NCBI GenBank assembly: GCA_963678065.2
Contig: CAXXVZ010000003.1
Span: forward strand, 800,001-864,000
Source: Treponemataceae bacterium
Lineage (GTDB): Bacteria; Spirochaetota; Spirochaetia; Treponematales; Rectinemataceae
Direction: 5' to 3'
Length of the DNA stretch: 64,000 nucleotides
Shown: piece after piece, positions 1 to 11,051 of the stretch
Layout: every line of letters begins with the position of its first letter
Numbering within the stretch: position 1 is the first letter of the stretch
Program-made: the position numbers and the translations under genes
Notes under the pieces: model-generated
What the model was told of the DNA's origin: nothing
The model's input: only the letters and a program-made list of their open reading frames with translations
The model's database searches: none

Positions 1-3000
1 TCCGCTTACGCCCGGCCACAGCCCCACGCATGCTTCATTCTCGATGTCGAGGACGACCTCGTGAACGACGGCGGCATCATGGATCTCGTCACCCGCGAGG
101 CCAGACTCTTCAAGTACGGCTCGGGGACAGGTTCCAACTTCTCGAAGATCCGCGCCCTCAACGAGACACTCTCGGGCGGCGGAGTCTCCTCCGGCCTCCT
201 CTCCTTCCTGAAAATCGGCGACCGCTCCGCCAGCGCCATCAAGTCCGGCGGCACGACCCGCCGCGCGGCCAAGATGGTGACACTCGACGCCGACCACCCC
301 GACATCGAGTCCTACGTCGGCTGGAAGGCAGAAGAAGAGTACAAGGTTGCCTGCCTCGCCGCAGGCAGCGCCCTCATCGTGACCCGCGCGGCCGAAATCC
401 GGAGCGCCATCGAATCCCCGGGGCTCTCAGGCACGGAACGCTTCCTCCCCGAAACCAATCCGGCCCTGAGGATGGCCATCCGCTCGGCCCTCCGCTCCGG
501 CGTCCCCGCGGCATACATCCACCACCTCATCTCCGCCTACCGCCAGGGCGACGGCATGGTCGACCTTCCCGTCTACACGACAGCATGGGAAGGCGAGGCC
601 TACAACACGATTTCTGGACAGTCCTCCAACAACTCTGTCCGCGTCGACAACCGCTTCATGCAGGCCGTCCAGGACAACGGAGACTGGGAACTGAGGCGCC
701 GCACGGACGGCACGGTCATGCGCACCATAAAAGCGCGCCAGCTCTGGGACAAGATTGCCAAATCGGCCTGGATCTGCGCAGATCCGGGGCTCCAGTTCCA
801 CGGGACCATCAACGAGTGGCACACCTGCCCGACGGACGGGTCCATCCGCGCATCCAATCCCTGCTCCGAATACATGTTCCTCGACGATACGGCCTGCAAC
901 CTCGCCTCCCTCAACCTCCTTGCGTTCTACGACAAGAAGTCGGGTATCTTCGACGACGAGGCCTACCGTCACGCTACGCGGCTCTGGACTACCGTCCTCG
1001 AAATCTCCGTCGTCATGGCGCAGTTCCCCTCGCGGGAAATCGCCCGCAAGAGTTACGATTACCGGACCCTGGGACTCGGATTCGCCAATCTCGGGACCCT
1101 CCTCATGGTCATGGGCCTCGCCTACGACTCCGACGAGGGGCGCGGCGTCGCGGCGGGGCTCGCGGCCATCCTCACGGGCGAAGCCTACGCCCAGTCCGCC
1201 CGCATGGCCGCGGAGTGGGGGGCCTTCGCCCGCTACGAGGCCAACAGGGAATCCATGCTCGCCGTCATCCGCAACCACAGACGGGCCGCCTACGACAGGC
1301 CCGAGGCGGAGTACGAGAACCTCACCATAAAGCCCAACGCCCTCAAGGAATGGGCCTGCCCCGCCAACCTCGTCGCCGCGGCCCGGGACGCCTGGGACCA
1401 GGCGCTGAAGCTCGGCGAGGCGGAGGGATACCGCAACGCCCAGGTCACCGCGATCGCCCCGACAGGCACCATCGGACTCCTCATGGACTGTGACACGACC
1501 GGCGTCGAACCCGATTTCGCCCTCGTCAAGTTCAAGAAACTGGCCGGGGGAGGTTACTTCAAGATCATCAATGCCTCGGTTCCGCCCGCCCTCGAGGCCC
1601 TCGGCTACGCTCCCGCAGAGATCGAGAGCATCCTCTTCTACGCCCTCGGCCACGGCACACTGGAGGGAGCTCCCGGAATCTCCCTCGCCGATCTTGCGGC
1701 AAAAGCCCTCTCCCCCGCCATCCTCGCCAAGACCGAGGCCGCGATCAAGGACGCGATCAGTATCGAGAGCTGCTTCGCTCCCCACATCGTCGGAGCGGAG
1801 GGATTCGCGTCGCTCGGCATTCCGGAAGCCACCTGGAAACAGCCGGGTTTCAGTCTCCTCAAACATCTCGGATACTCCGAGGAGACCATCGCGGCCGCCG
1901 AGCTCTACACCTGCGGGGCAATGGGACTCGAAGGAGCACCCGGCCTCAAGCCTGAGGATCTTCCCGTCTTCGACACGGCCACGCCTTCCGGCAAAAAGGG
2001 CACACGCTCCATCCAGTGGCAGGCGCACATCGCCATGATGGCCGCCGTCCAGCCCTTCGTCACCGGAGCCATCTCCAAGACCATCAACATGCCGAACACG
2101 GCCACCTACGAGGAAGTGAAGGGCGCCTACATGCTGGCCTGGAAATCGATGCTGAAATCCATCGCCCTCTACAGGGACGGATCCAAGCTCTCCCAGCCGC
2201 TCTCGGCCCTCGCACCCGGAACCGACCTCGTCGCCGACTCCATCGTCTCCCTCCAGACGGAAGGTCTCGACGAGCCGGAAGAGGAAGCGAAACCCGCCGC
2301 GAAGGCGCCGGAGCGCAGCGACGCGCTCCGGCAGCCCGAGCCCGAATTGCCGGGCATGCCCAAGGCGCCCCGGGGCATACGCCGCGCCCTTCCCAACCGG
2401 AGAGCAGGCTACACCCAGAAGGCCAAGATCGGCGGACACTCTGTGTTCGTCAGGACGGGCGAATACGAGGATGGCGGCCTCGGCGAGATATTCCTCGACA
2501 TGCACAAGGAAGGCGCAGCCTTCCGCAGCATCCTCAACTCCTTCGCCATCGCGGTCTCTCTCGGCCTCCAGTACGGTGTCCCCCTCGAAGAATACATGGA
2601 CGCCTTCACCTTCACCAAATTCGAGCCCAACGGCATGGTCCAGGGCCACGACTACATCAAGATGGCCTCGAGCGTCCTGGACTTCATCTTCCGCGATCTC
2701 GGGATCTCCTACCTGGACCGCCACGACCTCGGGCAGGTGAAGCCGGAGGATGTGGATATCGCCTCTCCCCAGAACAAATCCGCGCCGAAACCCGTGATGC
2801 TCGCCTTCGAGAATGGACGGGTGCACGCCCCCGCAAAACCTCAAGCCGAGAGCTCCCAGGCCAAGGCCGCCCTGAACGCGGCGAGAGAGAGCACACGCAC
2901 GGCGAGGCTCAAGGGCTACGAGGGCGACCCCTGCCCTGTCTGCGGTCACATGACACTGGTCCGCAACGGCACCTGCCTCAAGTGCGAGACCTGCGGCAGC

Positions 3001-3018
3001 ACGACCGGGTGTAGCTGA
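1..3018 (+). CDS. nrdJ: Vitamin B12-dependent (class II) ribonucleotide reductase, 5'-truncated by window edge
   Basis: Frame open from base 1 (PQPHACFI...); motifs [46 protein letters not shown]-terminal CPVCG...CETCG zinc ribbon. Confidence 0.95.
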   Translation, partial: SAYARPQPHACFILDVEDDLVNDGGIMDLVTREARLFKYGSGTGSNFSKIRALNETLSGGGVSSGLLSFLKIGDRSASAIKSGGTTRRAAKMVTLDADHPDIESYVGWKAEEEYKVACLAAGSALIVTRAAEIRSAIESPGLSGTERFLPETNPALRMAIRSALRSGVPAAYIHHLISAYRQGDGMVDLPVYTTAWEGEAYNTISGQSSNNSVRVDNRFMQAVQDNGDWELRRRTDGTVMRTIKARQLWDKIAKSAWICADPGLQFHGTINEWHTCPTDGSIRASNPCSEYMFLDDTACNLASLNLLAFYDKKSGIFDDEAYRHATRLWTTVLEISVVMAQFPSREIARKSYDYRTLGLGFANLGTLLMVMGLAYDSDEGRGVAAGLAAILTGEAYAQSARMAAEWGAFARYEANRESMLAVIRNHRRAAYDRPEAEYENLTIKPNALKEWACPANLVAAARDAWDQALKLGEAEGYRNAQVTAIAPTGTIGLLMDCDTTGVEPDFALVKFKKLAGGGYFKIINASVPPALEALGYAPAEIESILFYALGHGTLEGAPGISLADLAAKALSPAILAKTEAAIKDAISIESCFAPHIVGAEGFASLGIPEATWKQPGFSLLKHLGYSEETIAAAELYTCGAMGLEGAPGLKPEDLPVFDTATPSGKKGTRSIQWQAHIAMMAAVQPFVTGAISKTINMPNTATYEEVKGAYMLAWKSMLKSIALYRDGSKLSQPLSALAPGTDLVADSIVSLQTEGLDEPEEEAKPAAKAPERSDALRQPEPELPGMPKAPRGIRRALPNRRAGYTQKAKIGGHSVFVRTGEYEDGGLGEIFLDMHKEGAAFRSILNSFAIAVSLGLQYGVPLEEYMDAFTFTKFEPNGMVQGHDYIKMASSVLDFIFRDLGISYLDRHDLGQVKPEDVDIASPQNKSAPKPVMLAFENGRVHAPAKPQAESSQAKAALNAARESTRTARLKGYEGDPCPVCGHMTLVRNGTCLKCETCGSTTGCS

Positions 3019-3020
3019 AT

Positions 3021-3056
3021 AAAAAGAGGAGCCGGTTCGTTCCGGCTCCTCTTTTT
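3021..3056. terminator. Bidirectional intrinsic terminator between convergent nrdJ and arcA
   Basis: AAAAAGAGGAGCCGG-ttcgtt-CCGGCTCCTCTTTTT perfect stem with A/T tracts on both sides. Confidence 0.9.
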
Positions 3057-3148
3057 ATGGCGAATGTCGCTGTAGCCGAATCGGGACGGGTCGCGGCTGA
3101 AACCGGGCAGGCAGGCCTTCGGGACGACCTGAAAGCCGCGCTTCAGGC

Positions 3149-4393
3149 TCAGAGGTTCTCCCGCTCGACAGGCATGGTCATGCAGCGCGCGCCGCCGCCG
3201 CCGCGTGCAAGCTCTATCCCCTCGAATGTGACGACGAGCCTTCCGAAGGACGATGTCTTTTCGCCGCCTGAGATGAAGTCCGAGGCGGTGCGCAGGGCGA
3301 AGCCCCGCTCCGAAAGGGCATCCACCGTCCTTGAGTTGCAGGAATACATCACGATCTGGCCGGGCGCGAAGGCGAAGGAGTTGGCCCCCGACCACCACTG
3401 CTCGCGTTCCTGGAAGAGGCTGTCGCCCGAGCCGCAGCGGATGGGTTCGAGGTCGACGCCCTCGGACTTGAGTCCCTCGATGAGACCCGGCACCTCGGTC
3501 ATAGCCACCTCGCCCGAACTCCGGGCCTCGACCCTGATGACGCGCGCCTTGTTGCGGTCCAATATCACTGGCGCATAGACGAGGGCTGCGTCTCTATCGA
3601 TCACGGTGAAGACCATGTCGAGATGGATAGTCGCCCTCTCTTTCGGCAGAAGGACGGCGAACAGGGTCATGGGCTCGTCGAAGGATCTTGCCGCGCTGAC
3701 CGCGAGGCGCTGGACGGCGTCTGGCGTCGTACGCTCCGAAATCCCCATGGCCAGGACCCGGGGCGAAATCACGATGACGTCCCCGCCTTCCAGGGTCATG
3801 AAGCGGTTCCGCTCGCGCGGTCCGTCGAAGAGGAGCCCGCGTGCGAGAAAATCCGGATGATGGCGGAAAATGAAGCGCGTGACGAGCGACTCGATGAGCC
3901 TGACGTCGAAGGCCGTCGCGCAGGAAATAGCGCAGTCCCGGAACACGGCGGCCGAATCCCGCATGAAGTAGGCGTTGGGCAGGGGTCTCACGGAGAAGCT
4001 GTGGGGATTCAAGGCAGAGGCGAGGCTGCCGGCCGGAGCCGGGATGCCCTGGATGATGCCCCGGGCGAGCCTGTCCGGGGCCATGGACATCAACTCGTCG
4101 ATGCGGTCTCCGATAGGGCAGAGCCCCGCCAGCGTCGACAGAAACTCGAGGCGGTCGCCCGTATTTGCCAGAGTCTGGGCGAGGAGTTCAGACACTTCGT
4201 AGGTCTTCGCGACGGTATCGAGGAAGGCTTTCAGCCTGTCGTACTCGCCCCGGACGGCGGAGAGGGGAATGATATCGTTGTACAGGTCCTGCTCCGCCTC
4301 CTTCGGCGTCATGGCCTCGATCTCGGGGCCGGGGCTGTGGAGGATGACGCGTTTCAGGGTTCCGATTTCGCTCGTGATGTTCAGACTCGACAT
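3149..4393 (-). CDS. arcA: Arginine deiminase
   Basis: ITSEIGTLKRVILHSPGPE start, PNAYFMRD, LEGGDV, IHLDMVFT, ELARGGGGARCMTMP C-terminus; start reassigned to MSSLNITSEIG. Confidence 0.92.
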   Translation of the reverse strand: MSSLNITSEIGTLKRVILHSPGPEIEAMTPKEAEQDLYNDIIPLSAVRGEYDRLKAFLDTVAKTYEVSELLAQTLANTGDRLEFLSTLAGLCPIGDRIDELMSMAPDRLARGIIQGIPAPAGSLASALNPHSFSVRPLPNAYFMRDSAAVFRDCAISCATAFDVRLIESLVTRFIFRHHPDFLARGLLFDGPRERNRFMTLEGGDVIVISPRVLAMGISERTTPDAVQRLAVSAARSFDEPMTLFAVLLPKERATIHLDMVFTVIDRDAALVYAPVILDRNKARVIRVEARSSGEVAMTEVPGLIEGLKSEGVDLEPIRCGSGDSLFQEREQWWSGANSFAFAPGQIVMYSCNSRTVDALSERGFALRTASDFISGGEKTSSFGRLVVTFEGIELARGGGGARCMTMPVERENL

Positions 4394-4570
4394 GACCGAA
4401 CTATGCACACTTTTTCCGAAAAAATCTCTACCTCGCCTCTCGCGCGCTAAATGCAAGAATATCGAAACCTCGGAGCCCATTCGGTATCCAGACCGGATAC
4501 TCGAGGCAATTCCCTGCATATTGATTCAGAAACAGGCAAAAACGGCGGTTTTGTCCCGAAAAAAAGATTC

Positions 4571-4599
4571 TTGACAGCGAATTTTCACCCTCCTAAGAT
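4571..4599 (+). promoter_or_regulatory. Putative sigma70 promoter for the 4690 gene
   Basis: TTGACA-17 nt-TAAGAT. Confidence 0.6.
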
Positions 4600-4689
4600 G
4601 AAACTGCAGCGCAAACAGGGTGAGAATCTCCAGTTCGTGAACGCCACGTTTATGTCTGCCAGACAGGATAGTGCAAAAGGATGGTCTTC

Positions 4690-6024
4690 ATGGCGAGAAG
4701 AAGAATTATCATCATCGGTGCCGCCGGACGCGATTTCCACAACTTCAACACGCGATTCAGGGATAATGAGGATTTCGAGGTGCTCGCCTTCACGGCAGCC
4801 CAGATTCCCGACATCGACGGCAGGAAATACCCCGCCGAACTCGCAGGCAGTCTCTATCCTGACGGGATTCCCATCCACGCGGAATCCGAGCTTTCGAAGC
4901 TCATCTCTGAGTTGATGGTCGACGAATGCGTCTTCGCCTACTCGGATGTCCCCTACCAGCACGTCATGGGGATGTCGGCCATCGTCAACGCGGCAGGTGC
5001 ATCCTTCACCCTCCTCGGGCCGACGGATACCCAGATCAGGTCGACAAAGCCCGTCATCGCCGTAGGCGCCGTGCGCACAGGCGCGGGCAAGAGCCAGACT
5101 TCGCGCAAGATCGTGCAGATGCTGATGGCCAAAGGGCTCAAGGTGGTGGCCATCCGCCATCCGATGCCTTACGGAGACCTTGTCGCGCAGAAGGTCCAGC
5201 GCTTCGCGACAGTGGAGGACCTGAAGAAACACAGGTGCACCATCGAGGAGATGGAAGAGTATGAGCCCCATGTCGTGCGCGGGAATGTCATCTACGCCGG
5301 CGTGGACTACGAGGCCATCCTCCGCGAGGCCGAGAAGGAAGCGGACGTCATCCTCTGGGATGGCGGCAACAACGACTTCCCCTTCTACAAGCCCGACCTC
5401 ATGATCACGGTCGCCGATCCCCACCGCCCTGGCAACGAAGTCTCCTTCTATCCCGGCGAGGCCACCCTCCGCATGGCCGACGTCGTCATCATCAACAAGA
5501 TAGACACCGCATCCCCGGAAAATATCCAGACCGTGCGCGAGAATATCGCCAGGGTCAATCCCGGCGCCACCGTCATCGACGCCGCCTCCCCCATCACGGT
5601 GGACCGACCCGAACTCATCAAAGGCAAGCGCGTGCTCTGTGTCGAGGACGGCCCCACCCTCACCCACGGCCACATGAAGATCGGCGCGGGCGTCGTCGCG
5701 GCCCGCAAGTTCGGCGCGCGCGAAATCGTCGATCCCCGCCCCTTCGCCGTCGGAAAACTCGCAGCCACGTTCAGGATCTATCCGAACATCGGCACCCTCT
5801 TGCCGGCCATGGGCTACGGCGAGGAACAGGTGCGCGACCTCGAGGCGACAATCGCAGAGACCGACTGCGACACAGTACTCATCGCCACGCCCATCGATCT
5901 CAACCGGATACTGAAGATCGATAAACCCACGGTCAAAGTCGGCTATGATCTCCAGGAGATCGGTTCACCCAACCTCGACGAAGTCCTCGCAGATTTCATC
6001 CGGAAATTCGATCTCGCGAGGTGA
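4690..6024 (+). CDS. P-loop NTPase of the cyclic 2,3-diphosphoglycerate synthetase-like family; probable arginine synthetase (ArcE-type)
   Basis: IIGAAGRDFHNFN N-terminus, AVRTGAGKSQTSR P-loop, RHPMPYGDL, VEDGPTLTHG; back-to-back with arcA. Confidence 0.75.
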   Translation: MARRRIIIIGAAGRDFHNFNTRFRDNEDFEVLAFTAAQIPDIDGRKYPAELAGSLYPDGIPIHAESELSKLISELMVDECVFAYSDVPYQHVMGMSAIVNAAGASFTLLGPTDTQIRSTKPVIAVGAVRTGAGKSQTSRKIVQMLMAKGLKVVAIRHPMPYGDLVAQKVQRFATVEDLKKHRCTIEEMEEYEPHVVRGNVIYAGVDYEAILREAEKEADVILWDGGNNDFPFYKPDLMITVADPHRPGNEVSFYPGEATLRMADVVIINKIDTASPENIQTVRENIARVNPGATVIDAASPITVDRPELIKGKRVLCVEDGPTLTHGHMKIGAGVVAARKFGAREIVDPRPFAVGKLAATFRIYPNIGTLLPAMGYGEEQVRDLEATIAETDCDTVLIATPIDLNRILKIDKPTVKVGYDLQEIGSPNLDEVLADFIRKFDLAR

Positions 6025-6085
6025 TGCGCCTCCACGGTGACAACAGAATTGTCAAGCATCCTCGGATGCCGATTTCTCAGGATGC

Positions 6086-6113
6086 TTGACAATTCGGCCC
6101 GAAAAAGTATACC
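6086..6113 (+). promoter_or_regulatory. Putative sigma70 promoter of tRNA-Gly
   Basis: TTGACA-16 nt-TATACC about 35 nt upstream of the tRNA. Confidence 0.5.
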
Positions 6114-6146
6114 GTAGTTCTGGTCGCGTTCGCGACCTTCATCGAT

Positions 6147-6218
6147 GCGACCGTCGTATAACGGCTATTACCCCAGCCTTCCAAGCTGGAGACGTGGGTT
6201 CGACTCCCATCGGTCGCT
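6147..6218 (+). tRNA. tRNA-Gly(TCC), CCA not encoded
   Basis: Acceptor stem GCGACCG/CGGTCGC, anticodon arm CCAGC-CT TCC AA-GCTGG, T-arm GTGGG-TTCGACT-CCCAT. Confidence 0.95.
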
Positions 6219-6328
6219 TAAAAATATATCATTATATCGCAAGTAATTGCGATCTGGTCAACCGAAAACGGAGACCGACATTCAACCACTGTTACCGGAT
6301 TGGTTACTAATCTGGCGAAGGGGAAAAA

Positions 6329-7579
6329 ATGCGGGCTCCGTTTTCTATTTTCAAACGCGAAAAATCGGGGAAAGTCGTCTATTGTGTGCGATTTTTCGCA
6401 GATGATGGCTCTATTGTAAAAACCGTTTCCCTGCATTCAGCCAAAAACCGGACAGCGGCCTCCAGGATGGCTCAGGCACTCCTCCTCAAAGATGGCATCC
6501 CGGTTTCTAGACAAGACAACCCTCCCGCGCTCGACTACTTGAAAGCCTTCTGGTCCATCGATTCCGATTACTACCTGTCGCGCTCCCTTCGGGGAGTGAA
6601 AATCTCAGCCCGCTATGTTGCTGAATCGTGGCGGGTCATCCACAACCACGGAGAATCCTTTCTCAAGGGAAAACGTTTCTATGACATCTCTCCTCTCCTT
6701 CTGGAAAAAATAGTGCGGGACCTGAGTCGTGCGGGAAAGGGACCACGGGTCATCAACCGACTTTTGCAGGCGATAAAGGTTCCCTATGCCGATTACTGCC
6801 GGCTGCACCGCCTGCCCAATCCACTCACTGCGGTGCTCAAACTACGCGAAAATCCTCTGGAACGTGGCTCCCTCACTCGTGATGAAGTCTCCGGCATGAT
6901 TGCATTTAAGGATATCAATCCTCGGGTGTACGCGGCATTCCTCTGCGGATCCCTTCTCGGCATGCGCATGGGGGAGGTCCGCGGGCTCGAATGGGGCGAT
7001 ATTGATGAAAAACGGAACCTTGTGCACATTCGCCACAACTGGGTTGAATCCAGTGAAGGCACAAAAGAGCCGAAATGGGGTAGCAGCAGGGATGTTCCGC
7101 TTCCTTCCATAGTCCTCAATGCTCTTCGTACTCTCGGGGAAATCTGTCCCCAAAAATATGCTGGCAGGTTTGTATTTTTCAATCAGACTACTAGGGAGCA
7201 TCCGATTTCCTCCCAATTCATGCAGACAGGTTTCAGGGAAATGCTGGACAGGTTTGGGATTGATGCGGATATGCGGGCTACCCGGAATATCTCCTTTCAT
7301 AGTTTGCGCCATACCTTCATCAGCCTTTCCCGTGCCGCAGGTGTCTCCGACTTCACTATACAACAGCTCGCAGGGCACTCGACTATTCAGATGACTGACA
7401 GGTACTCACACTCGAACGTGGTAGACTTTGCCGATGCCTGCCGGAAACTGGAAACAAGCTTGAAAGCGAAAGTGGTATCGCTTCCTGAAGATGCTGATGA
7501 CAAACGGCTTGCCGAACTCGAAGCCGAACTCGCCTCGCTCCATAGAAAAAAAGAACTTCGTACAGTCAATAGTGTATAA
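6329..7579 (+). CDS. Tyrosine recombinase (phage integrase)
   Basis: GMRMGEVRGLEWGDID, FHSLRHTF, LAGHSTIQMTDRYSH catalytic motifs; adjacent to tRNA. Confidence 0.92.
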   Translation: MRAPFSIFKREKSGKVVYCVRFFADDGSIVKTVSLHSAKNRTAASRMAQALLLKDGIPVSRQDNPPALDYLKAFWSIDSDYYLSRSLRGVKISARYVAESWRVIHNHGESFLKGKRFYDISPLLLEKIVRDLSRAGKGPRVINRLLQAIKVPYADYCRLHRLPNPLTAVLKLRENPLERGSLTRDEVSGMIAFKDINPRVYAAFLCGSLLGMRMGEVRGLEWGDIDEKRNLVHIRHNWVESSEGTKEPKWGSSRDVPLPSIVLNALRTLGEICPQKYAGRFVFFNQTTREHPISSQFMQTGFREMLDRFGIDADMRATRNISFHSLRHTFISLSRAAGVSDFTIQQLAGHSTIQMTDRYSHSNVVDFADACRKLETSLKAKVVSLPEDADDKRLAELEAELASLHRKKELRTVNSV

Positions 7580-7924
7580 AATTTGTGAAAGCCTCAGGGA
7601 TTCCTCTGAGACTTTCCTTTTTTCTGGAACTTCACGCCTTCCTAATGATCGCATTTGATAATGAAGAAACTATATCGCTCAAGGGAGTGGGGCTCATTTT
7701 CAGCCTGAGCGATTTCCAGGATGTGTCTTTGATCGTGAAAGGTGATACTAGAGTGGATTTTCGCAATTACTACACACTGTGACTGCAAATAATCATATTA
7801 AGATTACAAAAATGGCAAAAACAAATATACATTTACACCTTATACATTTATATTATTTTAAAGTTTTCTTGACTATTTGTTTTCCATGAATTATGATAAT
7901 TACATACTATACATGGAGGTACGT

Positions 7925-8689
7925 ATGAATAAAGAGAACCGGGCAAGATATCTAAAGACCAAGAAAAAGTGTAAATCTATTTCTGATGAAGCCAGATTCA
8001 AGCGTTCACATGGGTATACGGTTGCAGAGGATATACTACAACGTTCCAGTAGGAAAACCTTGGTTTACAAAGAATTTATTTCCCCGAAGGGTCTACCAAA
8101 TGAACCGATTGTGATTGTCCAGGGCGATCAAGTCTCCCAATTCTACAATGTCAGTACCTGGATGGGGGACGATCCAAAATGGCATATTGTCGCACGTCTT
8201 TTACAGCGGAAGGACCGGCATACTACCTGGTACAAGCGCATGCGAGTTGATAGGGATGGGAATCTCTGGATGAAACCTGGTCAATTCTGGCGAGTATTTG
8301 ATGATGTGAGCAAAGAGGCAGTGAATGCCGATTTGATCATGAAAATGGCTACGGTACTGGAAACGAAGGGGTACAAGCCGAAAACTATCAAAGGCTATGT
8401 GACAGCGATCAAAGCGTTTTCCGAATCGCTCAGGCTGAAAACCTTACAGGACGTTCGCGCTGATGATGTGATTGTCTACCTGACAGGGATTGAAAACACA
8501 TCGCTTTCTTTAACAGCGAAGAACCGAACCGTATGCGCACTACAATTCTTTTTTTCGTGGACCCTCGGGACTCCGCTCGTATTCCCGAAACCTCCTCGGC
8601 ATGGCGGGGAACGTGTGAACGTGTCACAGAGTGTGGCACGGATACGCAAGCCGCTTCCCTCACCTTCCCCGCTCAACGTTTTCATCTGA
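7925..8689 (+). CDS. Hypothetical protein with a C-terminal integrase N-terminal SAM-like domain, no catalytic domain
   Basis: GYKPKTIKGYVTAIKAF...DVIVYL...NRTVCALQFFF resembles the SAM-like core-binding domain; GGAGG RBS before ATG 7925. Confidence 0.55.
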   Translation: MNKENRARYLKTKKKCKSISDEARFKRSHGYTVAEDILQRSSRKTLVYKEFISPKGLPNEPIVIVQGDQVSQFYNVSTWMGDDPKWHIVARLLQRKDRHTTWYKRMRVDRDGNLWMKPGQFWRVFDDVSKEAVNADLIMKMATVLETKGYKPKTIKGYVTAIKAFSESLRLKTLQDVRADDVIVYLTGIENTSLSLTAKNRTVCALQFFFSWTLGTPLVFPKPPRHGGERVNVSQSVARIRKPLPSPSPLNVFI

Positions 8690-9154
8690 ATTTGTCCAGT
8701 GTGGGACAAAACGAAACGAGATCCGCGAATACCAGGTATGCCGCTACTGACAACAATCATGAGAGGTCAATGATGGCTTCGCTGCTCTATTAGGAAAGCG
8801 CGCCCGCCGAATGGATGAGCTGGAGCCCGCTATAAACGGGCGGATGCTCATCCATGACTGCGGGCGGATCACGGCCCGATGCTGGCCCGGGCCGTGATCT
8901 TTAGCACATGCCCACCAACCAAGCCCACACACACTCAGAACAGGCCCGGGCTCTGAAAGCACGCTCTTTCTGACCGGAAGGATATCGAACACTCGTCTGA
9001 ATGAAGCTAGGGCGGGAATGTCGGACAGCAGTATGTACCCCCTTCTTTCCACCCACTTGTGTGAATATTTATGAATTTTAATGCTAGGCAGTATTACTAT
9101 TTCATAGCATATTCCCTTATAAATCCTGATAAACAGGACGGAACAGGAGGGTTG

Positions 9155-9550
9155 GTGGAGACGAAGAAGCGGGGCAAGTTTGTGAAAGGCCAGTCGGGAA
9201 ATCCAGCGGGAAGACCAAAATCAGGCGATGCTGTGACTGATTTGTTCCGCAAATACTTGGGCAAAAAGGAAAAGGGAGACCGTGTAACACGCAAGCAGAG
9301 GCTGGTAGAGGAACTCTACCAGAGGGCGCTCGGAAGGACGATCGTGGATGGGGATGGTAAGACTGTGAGAATTCCGGGCTCGGATGAGATTCTAAAATAT
9401 ATCGTGAACAGGCTGGATGGGATGCCGAAACAGGCGGTGGATTTGGATGCGCTGATGCATTCGGATGACTCGCTGACGGTGTTCATTGGAAAGAAGCCGG
9501 AGGAGTCTGATGGGGAGAAGGAGGGCTGTGGGGGTGTAAGTGGAGCTTAG
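9155..9550 (+). CDS. Terminase small subunit (DUF5681-like)
   Basis: GKFVKGQSGNPAGRPK motif, RLDGMPKQAVD; overlaps terL start; AGGAGG RBS; start approximate. Confidence 0.8.
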   Translation: METKKRGKFVKGQSGNPAGRPKSGDAVTDLFRKYLGKKEKGDRVTRKQRLVEELYQRALGRTIVDGDGKTVRIPGSDEILKYIVNRLDGMPKQAVDLDALMHSDDSLTVFIGKKPEESDGEKEGCGGVSGA

Positions 9551-10973
9551 TCTGCATCCGAAGCAGGTGGAGGTTCTGTTGTCTCCGGCGACAGAGATTC
9601 TGTTTGGCGGAGCTGCAGGGCCTGGCAAGTCGCATCTTTTGAGAGTGGCAGCGATTATCTGGTGCAATGATATTCCAGGCTTGCAGGTTTATTTATTCCG
9701 GAGAACGTATGGGGAGCTGTGGGATAACCACATGACGGGACCGCACTCGTTTCCGGCGATGCTGGCGGGGTGGGTGGATTCGGGGAAGTGCAAGATCGTC
9801 GATACGGATATCAGGTTTCTGCACAATGGTGCGTGTATCCACCTCAGGCATTGCCAGTATGAGAAGAACAAGTACGATTACCACGGGGCGGAGATGCATG
9901 TGCTCATGGTAGATGAGCTGACGACGTTTCCGAAGTCGATCTACATCTACCTCAGGGGTCGGGTACGGATGATCGGGATTGTGGTGCCGAGACGGTGGGC
10001 GGGAGTTTTCCCGCGGATTGTTGTGGGTTCGAATCCGGGAAATGTCGGACACAACTGGGTGAAGGCAGACTTTGTCAATCTAGGGCCTGGGGTCCACAAG
10101 ATGGGCGATGATGAGGGCGGGATGCAGCGGCAATTCATTCCTGCGAGGATGGCAGATAATCCGGATCTGTTGCGGGACGATCCGGGGTACCGGATGCGGC
10201 TGAAGGGGCTCGGGAGTCCGGAGCTGGTACGGGCTCTGGAGGAGGGAGACTGGGACATTGTGGCGGGCGGGGCGGTGGATGATGTGTGGGACCGCTCGAA
10301 GCATGTGGTGAGGCCGTTCAGGATTCCGGCGACGTGGCGGGTAGATCGGTCGTTTGACTGGGGGAGCTCTCGTCCGTTCAGCGTGGGGTGGTGGGTGGAG
10401 TCGGATGGGACTGAGGCGACGCTCGCGGATGGGAGGCGGCGGAGCTGGCCCCGGGGGACGCTTTTCAGAGTTTCGGAGTGGTATGGGTGGAATGGCAAGC
10501 CGAATGAGGGATGCAAGCTGGAAGATACTGAGATCGGGAGGGGGATCGCGGCACGGGAGAAGGTGCTGGTTCAGAGGCTGGGTATCCGCACTGTGGAGGC
10601 GGGGCCGGCGGATTCGTCGATTTTTGACGCGGATCCGGGGAAGGCGTCGATCGCGAAGGGGATCGATCAGGGGTATGGGCGCAGCGGGTGTTTTGTGCGT
10701 GCGGACAAGAGTCCGGGGTCGAGGACAAAGCGGCTGGCGGTGCTCCGGAGGCTCTTGAAGGCGGGGTTGGCGGAGCGGATGGAGGAGCCGGGGATTTTCT
10801 TTTTCGATACGTGTACAGAGGGAGCGATCAGGACGGTGCCTACGCTGCCGAGGGACCAGTTGAAGCCGGACGATGTGGATACGAATGCGGAAGATCATGC
10901 GTTTGACGATATCGGATACCGGATAATAGCGGCGCGGAGTGTGACGTGTTCGGTGCGGCTGGAGGCGGCATAG
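9540..10973 (+). CDS. Terminase large subunit
   Basis: GGAAGPGKS Walker A, VDELTTF Walker B, SNPGNVGH, RSFDWG nuclease motif, EDHAFDDIGY. Confidence 0.93.
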   Translation: MELSLHPKQVEVLLSPATEILFGGAAGPGKSHLLRVAAIIWCNDIPGLQVYLFRRTYGELWDNHMTGPHSFPAMLAGWVDSGKCKIVDTDIRFLHNGACIHLRHCQYEKNKYDYHGAEMHVLMVDELTTFPKSIYIYLRGRVRMIGIVVPRRWAGVFPRIVVGSNPGNVGHNWVKADFVNLGPGVHKMGDDEGGMQRQFIPARMADNPDLLRDDPGYRMRLKGLGSPELVRALEEGDWDIVAGGAVDDVWDRSKHVVRPFRIPATWRVDRSFDWGSSRPFSVGWWVESDGTEATLADGRRRSWPRGTLFRVSEWYGWNGKPNEGCKLEDTEIGRGIAAREKVLVQRLGIRTVEAGPADSSIFDADPGKASIAKGIDQGYGRSGCFVRADKSPGSRTKRLAVLRRLLKAGLAERMEEPGIFFFDTCTEGAIRTVPTLPRDQLKPDDVDTNAEDHAFDDIGYRIIAARSVTCSVRLEAA

Positions 10974-11051
10974 AGTGTTGTGGGTTGGGGAAGGAGTGGG
11001 CAGATTGGGTGCATGCAGGGGATAGGAGTTGAGGGTACTAAAGGAGGTGGG

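Noticed and set aside
30..2949. Long alternative ORFs overlapping nrdJ (487 aa +, 840 aa -) and similar antisense ORFs over phage and defence genes
   Set aside because: Shadow frames caused by high GC and codon bias; no recognisable motifs
6190..6218. attR duplicate of the tRNA-Gly 3' end
   Set aside because: No second copy spotted by eye in the window; the island end probably lies beyond it or has been lost
8744..9052. Small minus-strand ORF before terS
   Set aside because: No recognisable motif or RBS; cannot be supported
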